A DNA stretch of 64,000 nt from Candidatus Nezhaarchaeales archaeon (GCA_038853715.1 JAWCJE010000010.1:378-64377), one strand, 5' to 3'; counted from the first letter of the stretch, positions 39,072 through 49,838 are shown. Numbers and translations: made by a program. Notes: generated by a model not told the origin, from the sequence alone.

Positions 39072-40357
39072 ATGTTTTTAATCGGTAGCTCGTACGGTAC
39101 TTTAGTAGGGTTAGCGAATCTTTCTTTCTTGATTATGGCATTGGTTATTAAGAGTCGAGTGCCACGTATCCCGGCATGGAGCGTGATGTCGTTCACGGCG
39201 TTTACTACGGTCGTTTTTAACATCGTTAGCTTTGACGATCTTGGAACCGTTATAGATATGGAGGTAATAATATTCCTAATCGGTATGTTCAGTATGGTTG
39301 GACTTGCTGAATCCTCCGGGTTACTTAACGCTATCGCGGCGTGGTTTGTAAGCAAATTTAAGCGTAGAAAATCTTTAATCTTCGGGTCATCAGTGCTGTT
39401 TGGCTTGCTGGCGGCTATAGCCGTTAATGATACCATAGCGTTAATGGGCCCGCCGATAATCTACACGATCTCCAAAGCGGCTAGAGTAAGGCCTAAAATG
39501 ATGTTCCTCCTACTAGCTTTCTCAATAACTATAGGCTCAGCCATGACCCCCATAGGGAACCCCAAAACGTTTTAATAGCTATTAAATCCGGTATGGAGGC
39601 TCCATTCATAACCTTCATCCATAAGCTTGTCATACCGACGCTGTTGAACCTCCTCATAACGCCGTACCTCCTTATGAAGATGTTTAAGGTTAAGGAAGGT
39701 GAGGCAAAACTACTCTTAATCCCCCACGAAGCTCTACGGAATCGTAAGGATGCTACGTTAGCAATTATTGGGTTAACCTCATCCATAGCGATACTCATCG
39801 CGAACGATATACTTGAACTTCTACATATGCCGCACGTGACTAAGAGGGGGTTCATACCGTTTATCGTGGCGGCTGGGATTTACCTTTTTTCGAGTGACCC
39901 GAGGAAACTTATATCGAACGTTGATTGGGGTACAATAGTTTTCTTCATCTCCATGTTTATAACTATGGAAGGTGTATGGAGAAGCGGGATCTTAACACCA
40001 TTACTTATGGCGTTATCAAGCTCCAAAGGTAGTGGGATTATGGATGCCCTTACCATATCGTTCGTATCGATAACGCTAAGCCAATTGATGAGTAACGTCC
40101 CCTTCGTTAAGCTCTTTACGAGGTATATGGAGGACTTAGGCTATGGAGCTGGAGACGTTAATGCATGGCTTACTCTAGCCGCAGCGTCGACGATCGCCGG
40201 TAACCTAACCATCCTAGGTGCAGCATCAAACATAATCATACTCGAGTACTTAGAATCAAAAATGAAGGTGACGATAGGGTTCGGTGAATTCCTAAAGTAC
40301 GGCTCCTTGGTGACGATTATAAATATTGCCGTATATTTACCGTTCCTCATTGCTTAA
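39072..40357 (+). pseudogene. ArsB/NhaD/SLC13-type permease split by a 1-nt deletion near 39560
   Basis: TPIGNP continues as QNVLIAIKSGMEAPF only in the -1 frame (aaccccaaaacg lacks one C). C-terminal AASTIAGNLTILGAASNIII. Confidence 0.8.
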
Positions 40358-40647
40358 CAACTTTTAAACGATCCCACCTTACCCCTTTATTCCGAAAGTC
40401 AGGAACGTTCTTGTCAAGGTTTTAAACCTCGTAGGTGATTACGATTTCTGAGCCCTCCTCTGAATGGTCCTAGTTGTAATATCAAGAAGCTTCTTAGAGA
40501 GCTTTTTAAGAACCTATCGTAAGCCTTAAGTATGATTTTAAGAGAACAACGCGTACTACCGCTTAAACCCTCGTGGGAAAAGTGGCTAATGGTTTAGAAA
40601 GCGTGGTTTTACGATGAGGAAAAAAGTAGGGTGGCTTTAAAGTTCCT

Positions 40648-41604
40648 TTAGAGCTCTAGGGATCTCCTTAAGGCCTCCTGATTAATCTTACCATTGGTGA
40701 AGCTTTTGCCGGTGGTTTTACAGGTGACGGTTATCTTCCCGATGGTGAAGAAGGAGTTATCTAGCTTCGACCAGTCGAAGTTAACCGCTTTTAAAGCTTC
40801 GTATGATAGTTTACCGTAATCAGCCCAGGCGGTAGCGGGGGCTTTACTAAGCATTTCCTTCAATAGTGCTTCCTCCTCATCTATTAGGTAGCTTGCTACT
40901 CCTCCGTAGAGTAAGGCATCCTCCTGCTTAGCTGTTGAAACACCTACATCGGGGTGGGGCGGCATTATGGGCGCGCAACCACTAGCGAAAACAACATTCT
41001 TCGGGTCAAGCCCTAGGAACTCTAACCTGTAGAGGCCTGTTTCAGCTACTCTCCCTGATACTTGGACCGAGCCGGCCATGGATGCCGTGGTGGTTAAAAG
41101 TATGTAAAGGTTTTTAGGGTCTACCTTACAGTCCGTAGCTACTCGTTGAGCTACTTCATCGGTAGGTTTCCTCGTGGTTTCCATCACTATTACTGCTTCG
41201 TTATACTCATCTTTGTAGCCGACCTTCTCAAGAACCTTCTTCGGCTTAAGCGCTAAGGCTCTAGCAGGCCCTGAAGAGGGAGCGAAGAAGTCCCCTACCT
41301 TCACCATCCAACCGGCTAATTGACAGCCTAATAGCGAGATTGCTGGATGATCTGTTGCAACCACGATGCTCGGCATTTCGAGGTCTCCGTAGGACTTATA
41401 CGTTAACCAGCATTGAGCTAATCCTCCTAGACAGACTTCTGTTAGCTTTAACCCCGCTAGGTAGCCGCCAGCTGCTTCTAGGCCCGTATCTATAACTGTT
41501 GCTCCGCAGGGTAGCTTCTCAACCTTCACCCTATACTCTTCAGGGTGGTTTAAGAGTTCGTTTACAACCCTCATGGCTAACCTATTAACGCTTATCCCCG
41601 GCAT
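40648..41604 (-). CDS. mch: Methenyl-H4MPT cyclohydrolase
   Basis: ISVN, GG..AG...EVCLGGL, LGCQLAGW, SGPARALALKP, TASMAGSVQVSGRVAETG. Confidence 0.93.
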   Translation of the reverse strand: MPGISVNRLAMRVVNELLNHPEEYRVKVEKLPCGATVIDTGLEAAGGYLAGLKLTEVCLGGLAQCWLTYKSYGDLEMPSIVVATDHPAISLLGCQLAGWMVKVGDFFAPSSGPARALALKPKKVLEKVGYKDEYNEAVIVMETTRKPTDEVAQRVATDCKVDPKNLYILLTTTASMAGSVQVSGRVAETGLYRLEFLGLDPKNVVFASGCAPIMPPHPDVGVSTAKQEDALLYGGVASYLIDEEEALLKEMLSKAPATAWADYGKLSYEALKAVNFDWSKLDNSFFTIGKITVTCKTTGKSFTNGKINQEALRRSLEL

Positions 41605-41657
41605 ACCGATCCATCCACACGCATAAGGCGCTGGCTTTAATAGGTTTTGATCAAGTT

Positions 41658-41680
41658 TTCCGCTCGAAACTCCACTGGAA
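41658..41680. promoter_or_regulatory. Tandem 11+1+11 palindromic motif
   Basis: TTCCGCTCGAA-A-CTCCACTGGAA between divergent mch and cofE. Confidence 0.5.
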
Positions 41681-41799
41681 ATGTGAGTTGAAACATTAAG
41701 TATGACTTGAACCGTCCTTCTCTAACTCGTGGCGAGGCTCATTTACGCTACCACTTAATAAGCTTATACGCTATTAAACTGTTAAGAGGCTGGTTTAAC

Positions 41800-42558
41800 G
41801 TGAGCGTTAAGGTCGAGATTTACGGTATAAAGGTTAATGGTGAAGTGAAGGAGGGGGAGGATCTCGCGCGCTTAATTGTTGAGGAGGCGGAGCGTCAAGC
41901 TAACGGGTTACTCGATGGCGACGTGGTAGTTGTAACCTCGAAGATAGTGGCTAAAGCTGAAGGTAGGCTGGTAAACCTGAAAAGGGTCCGTCCATCGGCC
42001 TTCGCTAAAAACCTAGCTAGGTATACTGGTAAACCGGCTACGCTTATCGAAGTCATTCTTAGGGAGTCGAGGTCTATAACAAGGGTTAGGAGGGGTACGA
42101 TAATAGTTGAAACGAAGCATGGGTTTATCTGTGCGAACGCTGGTGTGGATAGGTCAAACGTGAAGCCGGGCTTCCTAACGCTACTACCTAAGGATCCTGA
42201 TAGGTCGGCCCAGATGCTGAAAAGTAGGATTAAGGAGTTAACGGGTAGAGACGTAGCCGTGATAATATCGGATACTCAAGGAAGGCCCTTCCGAGAGGGG
42301 CAGGTGGACGCTTCCATAGGTCTAGCCGGGCTTGAACCTATTAACGATTTAAGGGGGCTTGAAGACCTTTACGGGTATAGGTTAAGGGTTAAACGTATAG
42401 CGATTGCTGACGAACTAGCCGCTGCAGCCGAATTAGTTATAGGGCAAGCTAGTGAAGGTATACCGATAGCCGTAATTAGAGGCGTAAAGTATCGTAGCTC
42501 TGAAAAGGCTACGGTTAAAAGGCTACTCCGCCCAAAGAGAAGAAGCCTCTTCTTGTAG
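41800..42558 (+). CDS. cofE: Coenzyme F420-0:L-glutamate ligase
   Basis: GDVVVVTSKIVAKAEGR, CANAGVDRSN, LPKDPD.SA, SDTQGRPFREG, ADELAAAA. Confidence 0.92.
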   Translation: MSVKVEIYGIKVNGEVKEGEDLARLIVEEAERQANGLLDGDVVVVTSKIVAKAEGRLVNLKRVRPSAFAKNLARYTGKPATLIEVILRESRSITRVRRGTIIVETKHGFICANAGVDRSNVKPGFLTLLPKDPDRSAQMLKSRIKELTGRDVAVIISDTQGRPFREGQVDASIGLAGLEPINDLRGLEDLYGYRLRVKRIAIADELAAAAELVIGQASEGIPIAVIRGVKYRSSEKATVKRLLRPKRRSLFL

Positions 42559-43310
42559 GGGATGCTTCAAGGTAGGGGTATCGTCAAGTTAACGAGTAGG
42601 AGCCGCGTATAGTTAATGAGTCAACTTGACAGCAGCTATGTAGGGTGTTTGCAGTAGTTCATTACCTCCTGGCTATTGAGTTTATTACGTTTAGTATTGT
42701 TGTGAATGTTTTATCCGGTTTAGGGAACCCCTTTTTAGTCTAGTTTTAACGATCTGAATACTTATTCTACCTAAATTCGAACGTTACGTGTTTACGTTTA
42801 GCTTTAACGTATTCTAACGCGTTATACCATGGCCCTCCGCCGTATACGTATCAGCGTTAAAACCAAGCCTACCTACAATCCTTAACGCATCTATGGAAGC
42901 TCTACCATCAAAGCTTACGCAAACCCCTATGATTCGTTTAAAGTTTAAACCTCCTATAAACTAAGCCAATTTCATCCATAGCTACAAGCCTAACCTTAAG
43001 CCTTAGATAAGGAATACCAATAACTACATAAACTCATGAAGGGAAAACCGTACTTAAATGAAGCAGCCCTATAGGATAAATCCGGGTAATAATCTATTAA
43101 CGTTTTAACCATATCAACGGAAGAGTTGCAATCACCGTAGGGTTTAACCAAAGGTATACCTAGTAGGGTTTGAACTAAGCGTTCCCTAATAATCCTAGAA
43201 ACCGATAGACTGATACATATATGTAGGTGTGAAAAACTATTTAAGCTCCTTAATGCTCTACTAGCTGGACCTTTAGCGAAGTATAAGCACATCTTCAGGC
43301 GGAGAGTAAC

Positions 43311-43667
43311 ATGAGCGGAGGAACTACTGAGGAGAAAAAGCCTGTAGAGGAGAAAAAACCGCCAGTTAAAAAACCTGCGCCACCACTAAAACCCATAAGT
43401 GAAAATACTGTTCTAGTGGGGCGTAAGCCCGTAATGAACTACGTTTTAGCCACCGTTATGCAGTTCAATCAAGGTGCCGACAAGGTTATCGTTAAAGCGC
43501 GAGGACGAGCTATATCGAAGGCCGTTGATGCGGTAGAAATCGTAAAGATGCGCTTCCTAACGGACCAAGTTGAAGTCAAGGATGTAAAGGTCGGCACCGA
43601 GAAGGTAGGCGAAACAGGGCAGGAGCGCAACGTATCTACCATCGAGATAGTGATGGGTAGGAAGTAA
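43311..43667 (+). CDS. albA: Chromatin protein Alba
   Basis: [36 protein letters not shown]. Confidence 0.96.
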   Translation: MSGGTTEEKKPVEEKKPPVKKPAPPLKPISENTVLVGRKPVMNYVLATVMQFNQGADKVIVKARGRAISKAVDAVEIVKMRFLTDQVEVKDVKVGTEKVGETGQERNVSTIEIVMGRK

Positions 43668-43699
43668 CCGTTAAACGGAAACAACCTCGAACAATCTCC

Positions 43700-43726
43700 T
43701 ATTTCTCTCTTATTTTTTTCTTTGTT
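43700..43726 (+). terminator. T-rich archaeal terminator after alba
   Basis: Pyrimidine/oligo-T tract tatttctctcttattttttt... Confidence 0.5.
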
Positions 43727-43957
43727 CCTTAACCTTAGGGCCTACGTAGGGGGATGGCCTTCACGTACCTTCACGTATATCGTTGTTTATCATATCCACT
43801 ACGATTAATGACTTTAAGCCTAACGCCTCTAAACCTAAAGGAGGCATGGGTAGGGCGATCTTAGCTTAACTCTACGTAGCTTGCCTCATTTATTCTTAAA
43901 ATAGTGTCGATAGCAATTAGCGTGGATGGAGCGCCATGCTTAAACGTGTTTTATTGA

Positions 43958-44356
43958 AGGCCTGTTAAAGAGCGTACTCAAACACCCGTAGATAGTGACG
44001 TAAAGCTTTACAACGCGCTCGGCGTAACCATTGACTGCGAAGCTTCAGTATGTACACAGAAGAGTAAATGGAGAGCCGCGGAGTTCAGGGTTACACTATA
44101 CAACGAGAAAGCATACGTCCTTAAGCCGCCGTACGATGCGCTTAAACAACACGGGTACAGAGTATACCTGTATAGGGCGTCTAAAGGCAGAACAATAAGC
44201 TACGGTAGCTTCAGCAACGACTATCGCCACATCGGAGTATGCGCTAAAGATCATGTTAAGCGCCTCCCAGAGAACGTTGAACTAATGCTTCCACAGAAAC
44301 AGCTTAACCGTTTCCCTCGTACTAGTAAATACGAGCGTCGATATTCATCAGGTTGA
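43958..44356 (+). pseudogene. LAGLIDADG homing-endonuclease-like relic (open frame without a start codon)
   Basis: 133-codon open frame containing YNALGVTIDCEASV...FRVTLYNE...LKQHGY. Confidence 0.45.
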
Positions 44357-44472
44357 CGTCTATTGAGGAGTCGAAACCCGTTCTACCGGGTTTAAGGGCT
44401 TCTGGACCCGGAAGTAAGCCTCAATAAGCCTTTCAAGCCCCTAAACGCTTTATCGTACTTCATCTTTAACGC

Positions 44473-44572
44473 TTCAACTAGAAACTCCAGTAGAAGCAAA
44501 GGTTCTTAACCAATATTTCTACTGGAGGCTCCGCTGGAAACGCCGGTTTCTTAACATTAGCTTCTACCAGAG
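44473..44572. promoter_or_regulatory. Cluster of mini-ORB-like palindromes
   Basis: TTCAACTAGAA-A-CTCCAGTAGAA(GCAAAGG), TTCTACTGGAG-G-CTCCGCTGGAA(AC), TTCTACCAGAG. Confidence 0.5.
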
Positions 44573-44750
44573 GCTTTATCCTCCATTATCCTTAGCGAAG
44601 CCGATCGATCCGCCTAAGGTTATGTTACTCAACGTATTCCCTTAGGTTCAGCGTTAGGCCGTTTCTCCTCGATTCATAGGGTTGCGTAAGTTTAATATTG
44701 ATGGAAACCTCCGTTAAAGGGAGGTAGTTTGGTTCATCAGTGATGGCTAC

Positions 44751-45869
44751 ATGGCTTCATCCTTTATACCGATAAATAAGCCTATAATGGGCGACGAGGA
44801 GGTTGAAGCAGTTAAGCAGGTAATAGCTTCAGGTATATTAACCGATTGGAGGCCCCAAGGAGGGCCCATGAATAGAAGGTTTGAGGAGTGTTTCGCTTCC
44901 TTCATAGGGGTAAGGTACGCGGTAGCTGTAAGCTCTGGAAGCGCTGCGCTTCACGCTGCGCTTTTAGCAGCAGGCGTAAAACCGGGTGATGAGGTTATTG
45001 TTCCTGCTTTCACGTTTCCAGCTACAGCTAACATGGTCCTTATGGCTGGGGCTAAACCGGTTTTCGCCGATATAAGTACGGAAACCTACAATATCGACCT
45101 TGAATCCGTGAAAAAGCTTATATCGGCTAGGACGAAGGCGATAATTCCCGTTCACCTTTACGGGCTACCGGCTGACATGGATCCGGTGATGGAGTTAGCT
45201 GAAGAACACGGCCTAATGGTTATTGAAGACGCGGCCCAAGCCCATGGAGCCAAGTATAAGGGTAGGTATACCGGTACGCTAGGACATATGGCTTGCTTCT
45301 CCTTCTACCCCAGTAAGATAATATCGACCGGCGAAGGAGGTATGGTAACAACTAACGACGAGGAGCTAGCTCTTAAGCTGCGAAGCATTAGAACCCATGG
45401 ACAAGTTAAGGGTTTTGATTCTAAAATCTTAGGCCATAACTATCGTATGCCGGAGATCGAAGCGGCCATAGGCCTAGTTCAAATGAAGAGGCTACCAGGC
45501 TTCCTCGAGGCTAGGAGGCGTAACGCGAAGCTATTAACCGAGGGGCTTTCGGACCTAGACGAGTTAAAGCTACCTGTTGAGCCGCCCGGGTTAAACCATT
45601 GCTGGTACCTTTACACGGTGAGGCTTACTAAGCGGCAATACCTTAGGGATTTAATCGTTAAAAGGCTTAATCAAGCTGGTATAGGGGCTGCTATCTACTA
45701 TGAAACCCCGGTTCCCCTTCTACCGCTCTACAGTAGGCTTCGTAGGCGTAGTACTTACCTTAACGCGATAGTAGCTTCTAGATCGGTTTTTCAGCTTCCA
45801 GTCCATCCAGGCGTTTCGGAGGAACAAGCCTTAAACATTACTAAGGAGGTGAAGAAGGCTTTAACTTGA
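44751..45869 (+). CDS. DegT/DnrJ/EryC1/StrS PLP-dependent aminotransferase
   Basis: SSGSAALH, PVHLYG, EDAAQAHG, FSFYPSKIISTGEGG, GHNYRM. Confidence 0.93.
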   Translation: MASSFIPINKPIMGDEEVEAVKQVIASGILTDWRPQGGPMNRRFEECFASFIGVRYAVAVSSGSAALHAALLAAGVKPGDEVIVPAFTFPATANMVLMAGAKPVFADISTETYNIDLESVKKLISARTKAIIPVHLYGLPADMDPVMELAEEHGLMVIEDAAQAHGAKYKGRYTGTLGHMACFSFYPSKIISTGEGGMVTTNDEELALKLRSIRTHGQVKGFDSKILGHNYRMPEIEAAIGLVQMKRLPGFLEARRRNAKLLTEGLSDLDELKLPVEPPGLNHCWYLYTVRLTKRQYLRDLIVKRLNQAGIGAAIYYETPVPLLPLYSRLRRRSTYLNAIVASRSVFQLPVHPGVSEEQALNITKEVKKALT

Positions 45870-45947
45870 AGCCAGTAATAGTTTAAGCCCACGTGTTCGT
45901 AGCCCGGTTAACTCTTCAATCGTTGAAGCGAGGCTCGATATAACGTC

Positions 45948-46799
45948 ATGAAAGGTCTCCGCCTTAAAAGGGTAAGGACGCCCTTCTGGCTTCCGAGGGT
46001 TAATTTAAAGCATGAAATCCTTAAGTCATTAGATGGCGTTGTTCGTCCGGGTCACGTGGTGGTATTATCGGAGAAGGCTCTCTCGGTGGCCCTAGGTTTA
46101 ATAGTGGATGAGGGCTTGGTTCGTCCAAGTTTAGCGTCGAAGGTATTCACGTTCCTATGGATGCGTCTAGTATGGGGCTACCTTTTAGGGCCTTTATGCG
46201 GCCTTAAACGCTCAACGCTAAACGCGCTTAGGAAGTATCCGATTAGGGAGGGCGCGGCTCATAAACAGTTGGTGTTAAGGGTTGCGGGAATCATGCAGGC
46301 CTTTAAACCCTTTTCGGAGGGTGGTATTGACGGTAGCAACCTTCCATATAGGTATGTTAGCTTACCATTACCTAACCCGCAGGAGCTAGCGGAAGAGGTT
46401 AAGGGGTGGGTGAAGGCTGGGTTAGGTGTTGATGTATCTGTGGCGATAGTTGATAGTGATAGGACCTACGTGTTTAAAGGTACGCCTTTAAGGTTTTCAG
46501 CTAGGAAGACCTACGTTAAGGGGTTGGTGTCATTAGGCTTTCTAGCCTATATCGCTGGCCGCTTATTAAGGAGGTGGGTTAAACCCTTTGCAACGCCTCT
46601 TGCGCTAGCTGGTTTAAAGCTACCAATTGATACGTTATTACTAATAGCGGAGGCCGCGGATAGGTTAAGGGGTTATGGTGCTGGTCGAAACGTGTTTGAA
46701 ATGGCGGAACGCTTTAAAACTTCGATAAACGGGGTAACGTGGAGTATGATTAGAAGCGTAAAACATTACCCAATTATACTAGTTGAAACTTTAAAATGA
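45948..46799 (+). CDS. CofE-like gamma-glutamyl ligase family protein
   Basis: VVLSEKALS, HKQL, EGGIDGSNLPY, IVDSD.T, G.GAGR. Confidence 0.75.
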   Translation: MKGLRLKRVRTPFWLPRVNLKHEILKSLDGVVRPGHVVVLSEKALSVALGLIVDEGLVRPSLASKVFTFLWMRLVWGYLLGPLCGLKRSTLNALRKYPIREGAAHKQLVLRVAGIMQAFKPFSEGGIDGSNLPYRYVSLPLPNPQELAEEVKGWVKAGLGVDVSVAIVDSDRTYVFKGTPLRFSARKTYVKGLVSLGFLAYIAGRLLRRWVKPFATPLALAGLKLPIDTLLLIAEAADRLRGYGAGRNVFEMAERFKTSINGVTWSMIRSVKHYPIILVETLK

Positions 46800-46811
46800 A
46801 AAAGGGTTAAT

Positions 46812-47741
46812 TTACTTGTAGAACTTCCTCGCCGCTTCAATAGCTTCCTTATTGAATACCTTAAAGGGCCCCAGTTTCCCTCCGAAGTTTACGGCTGTAA
46901 TCTTTTTAACGCCCGATACCTTAGCGGCGGCTAGTATCCCTACTCCTTGCGCTATTTTAACGCTTTCGGCGTTCAACCCGTTAATGACGATTTCAAGTAC
47001 GCTTTTAACTTCTAAGGGGACCTTGGATTCCGATACCTTATCCTTTATGGTTGGGCAGAAGAGATGGTTTGTACTGGCTGGAAGCTTAGGATACTTTAAC
47101 GAGCCGACCTTCGAGCCGCTTCTAACTATGCCTCCTGGGAAGGGCATAATTACGTTTCTACAGGTCTTCCTGATGGCTTCGACGGCGGCCATAGCCCCCT
47201 TTAACGCTGAATCCTCGCTATCACCCATAACTATAATGTTTCCTCCAGCTACACCCTTCACTACGCCTAAGGTGTCTTCAACTAGGAACCATCCCTGCAT
47301 AACCGGTATCCTATACATGGTCCTTCCGTACACCTTTTCAACGGCCTCGAAGCCGTCGCCGAACTTACCTACGGCGCTACCTATATGCATCTTCCTCTTG
47401 GCTTGAGGTATACCGTCGAACGCGGCCGTGGTTGGACACGTTAAAATGCATTGCCCCAGCCTTGCCAACACTTGGAACTTTAACTCGGGTACTGTGTTAT
47501 GGTATATGTGGATTAAGGCGCCCGGCCTACCATCAGGTGTTTCCTCGGGGCTTAATAGCCTTTCAACACCTGCTTCAGCCGGAGACATTATTATAGAGCT
47601 GGCGAAGCCGGTGGCTACTTGAGCCGCTGTTGTAGCCCAGTATTCATCACGCGCGGTAATCAGTATGCGCGTGCCAACCATTGGAAACGCTTCAGCAAAT
47701 GTATCCTCAACTTCAACTCCGTCCACGGTAAATGAGGACAT
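46812..47741 (-). CDS. ftr: Formylmethanofuran:H4MPT formyltransferase
   Basis: EDTFAEAF, TPDGRPG, GQCILTCPTTA, FPGGIVRSGSKVGS, NFGGKLG. Confidence 0.96.
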   Translation of the reverse strand: MSSFTVDGVEVEDTFAEAFPMVGTRILITARDEYWATTAAQVATGFASSIIMSPAEAGVERLLSPEETPDGRPGALIHIYHNTVPELKFQVLARLGQCILTCPTTAAFDGIPQAKRKMHIGSAVGKFGDGFEAVEKVYGRTMYRIPVMQGWFLVEDTLGVVKGVAGGNIIVMGDSEDSALKGAMAAVEAIRKTCRNVIMPFPGGIVRSGSKVGSLKYPKLPASTNHLFCPTIKDKVSESKVPLEVKSVLEIVINGLNAESVKIAQGVGILAAAKVSGVKKITAVNFGGKLGPFKVFNKEAIEAARKFYK

Positions 47742-47950
47742 GGGTTTGCACCCCCTCTGAATACGTATAGCTATTTATAAAGTTTGATCCCGCCATAACT
47801 TTCCATATACCGATACTCTAAGGCTAACGTTCTCAGGCTTTTCCAGCCTTCCTCTTCAATATGCTTCGAAGCCTTAGCCCCTTCCTACTTATCTGCTTAA
47901 TATGCATACTCAAATACAAGCATATACCTCTCTATATCCGGGGCTACCGA

Positions 47951-49018
47951 TTGTCTAGGGCGGCAGCGATAATCCTAGCTGGAGGTATGGGTAGACGTTT
48001 TCAGCTTCCCCAGCAGCCTTGGAGGGATAAGGCTTTGGAGGTTGTTAACGGTAAACCCATGCTGAGGCGCGTGGTTGAAGCGGCGTTAAGTTTTACCGAT
48101 GAGGTCATAGTTACCGTTAACTCCTTAAGTAGGAAGCTAATCTACGAGAAGCTCCTAGAAGGGTTAAGCGGGGTGAAGGTGGCCGTTGATGGAGGCGGTA
48201 TGGCTTCAGGCCCCTTAATAGGGTTGAGGACTGGTTTAAAGTGGCTAACGGCGGAGAAAGGCGTATCGATACCTTGCGATTCACCCTTCATTTCACCATC
48301 CATACTAAGCTATTTAGCGCAAGCGGTGGATGGCGTGGATGTGGCTATGCCTGTTTGGGGTAATGGGAGGCTTGAACCCTTATTTCTAGCTTTAAGGAGG
48401 GCGATCGTAGGCGTGGGGGTCGATATCCTAGTTAAGCTCGGTAGGAGGAGGCCTGACGACCTTATTAGGATCGGTTTAAGGACGCGTTTAATACCTGTAG
48501 GCGAGCTTAAAACCTTGGATCCGGAGCTTAAAACCTTCGTTAACGTAAATCGGCCTGAAGACCTATTAGTTAAACGGATCGCTAGTATTAATGATACGCC
48601 TAGGGCTTCTCTTCAAACCCTTGAGGCTCATCAAATTCCGCTTGAGAGGCTTAAAGAATTAAGCGTGGCTCTACCGTTAACAGGCTTTAAAGACTTAAAG
48701 TCTATCGAGGAGGTCTTCGTTGGATCGCCCTTCATTATCGGGGCCTTATATGAGCAGGTTGGCTTCGCTGAGTTAAACCGTAACCCTCAAGAAGCTTTAG
48801 GAGCGTTAAGGTACGCCTCCCTACAATACCTTATCGAGGCGGACTTCTACGAGGCTAAGGGGCTTTTATCGCTGGCTGGACACGCCTTAACGGATGCTTA
48901 CCGCTGCTTAAAGCCTTTAAACGGGGTTAAGGCTGAAGCAGTATTGAGTCGTGCTTTAAAGACCTACAGCAAGGTAGGGCTTAGAAGGAAGGGAGGTAAA
49001 GCCGTTGACGAAGCCTAG
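47951..49018 (+). CDS. mobA: Molybdenum cofactor guanylyltransferase with C-terminal helical extension
   Basis: ILAGGMGRRF..DKAL, GPLIG, PCDSPF, EPL, NVNRPEDL. Confidence 0.85.
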   Translation: MSRAAAIILAGGMGRRFQLPQQPWRDKALEVVNGKPMLRRVVEAALSFTDEVIVTVNSLSRKLIYEKLLEGLSGVKVAVDGGGMASGPLIGLRTGLKWLTAEKGVSIPCDSPFISPSILSYLAQAVDGVDVAMPVWGNGRLEPLFLALRRAIVGVGVDILVKLGRRRPDDLIRIGLRTRLIPVGELKTLDPELKTFVNVNRPEDLLVKRIASINDTPRASLQTLEAHQIPLERLKELSVALPLTGFKDLKSIEEVFVGSPFIIGALYEQVGFAELNRNPQEALGALRYASLQYLIEADFYEAKGLLSLAGHALTDAYRCLKPLNGVKAEAVLSRALKTYSKVGLRRKGGKAVDEA

Positions 49019-49838
49019 TTTAAGCGTTAGGGTTAATAAGCTAAACGTTAAGCTGGGAAGCGTTAAGCAAGAAGTATTTGAGGTAGCAGTTGAAGCACCC
49101 GTTTCCTTAAGCGTTAACGGTAAGTACCTAAGGACCTTGGTGGCTACCCCCATTATGCTTACTGAGCTAGCCCTAGGGCATTTATACAGCGAGGGGATAA
49201 TAGACTCCTTAAGCGACGTGAAGGACGTAATCGTTAAGGAGTTAAGCGTCGACGTCCACCTGTTTAAAGACGTAAATACAAAGATTTTAGCAGCTCTTAC
49301 AACGAGGGTTACGACAACCGCTTGCGGCTCGGCTGAAACCTCCTTTTTAAGCCTTTTGGATAGGATTAAAAAGCCCATCGTTCTATCAAGTCTCACCGTA
49401 GACCCTAACATAATACCTAAAGCGGTTTTAAAGCTTAACGAGGTCGGCGTCCTTTACAAGGCTACTAAAGCCACGCATTCAGCCGTAATACTTAGTACGG
49501 ATGGTAACCTCGTAGCGGTAGCGGAGGACGTAGGAAGGCATAACGCGGTGGATAAAGCGATAGGCTTAACCCTTCTAAAAAAGGTTAACCTATCAGGATG
49601 TATATTAGTATGCTCCGGTAGGCCTACGGCGGACATGACGTTGAAAGCGGCTAGGGCTGGCATACCGGTCGTTCTATCCTTATCGTTACCGACAGATTTG
49701 AGTATTAAGATAGCTGAAGAAACAGGGGTTACATTGGCATCGGTTAGGGGGCGGGACTTAACCATTTACGCGCATCCTGAAAGGTTGCTTAAAAGCTTAA
49801 TTCGTAAGCCATATGACCTAAGTACTAACCGGTGTTGA
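49005..49838 (+). CDS. fdhD: FdhD sulfurtransferase (formate/formylmethanofuran dehydrogenase accessory)
   Basis: ATP..L.ELALGHL.SEG, TACG, EDVGRHNAVDKAIG. Confidence 0.92.
   Translation: MTKPSLSVRVNKLNVKLGSVKQEVFEVAVEAPVSLSVNGKYLRTLVATPIMLTELALGHLYSEGIIDSLSDVKDVIVKELSVDVHLFKDVNTKILAALTTRVTTTACGSAETSFLSLLDRIKKPIVLSSLTVDPNIIPKAVLKLNEVGVLYKATKATHSAVILSTDGNLVAVAEDVGRHNAVDKAIGLTLLKKVNLSGCILVCSGRPTADMTLKAARAGIPVVLSLSLPTDLSIKIAEETGVTLASVRGRDLTIYAHPERLLKSLIRKPYDLSTNRC

Noticed and set aside
42996..43292. 98-aa minus-strand ORF upstream of alba
   Set aside because: Atypical composition, overlaps the alba promoter region, no recognisable motif
46852..47406. Long antisense ORFs (here opposite ftr, and similar ones opposite fdhD, fwdA, fwdC and others)
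   Set aside because: Shadows of well-supported genes on the opposite strand
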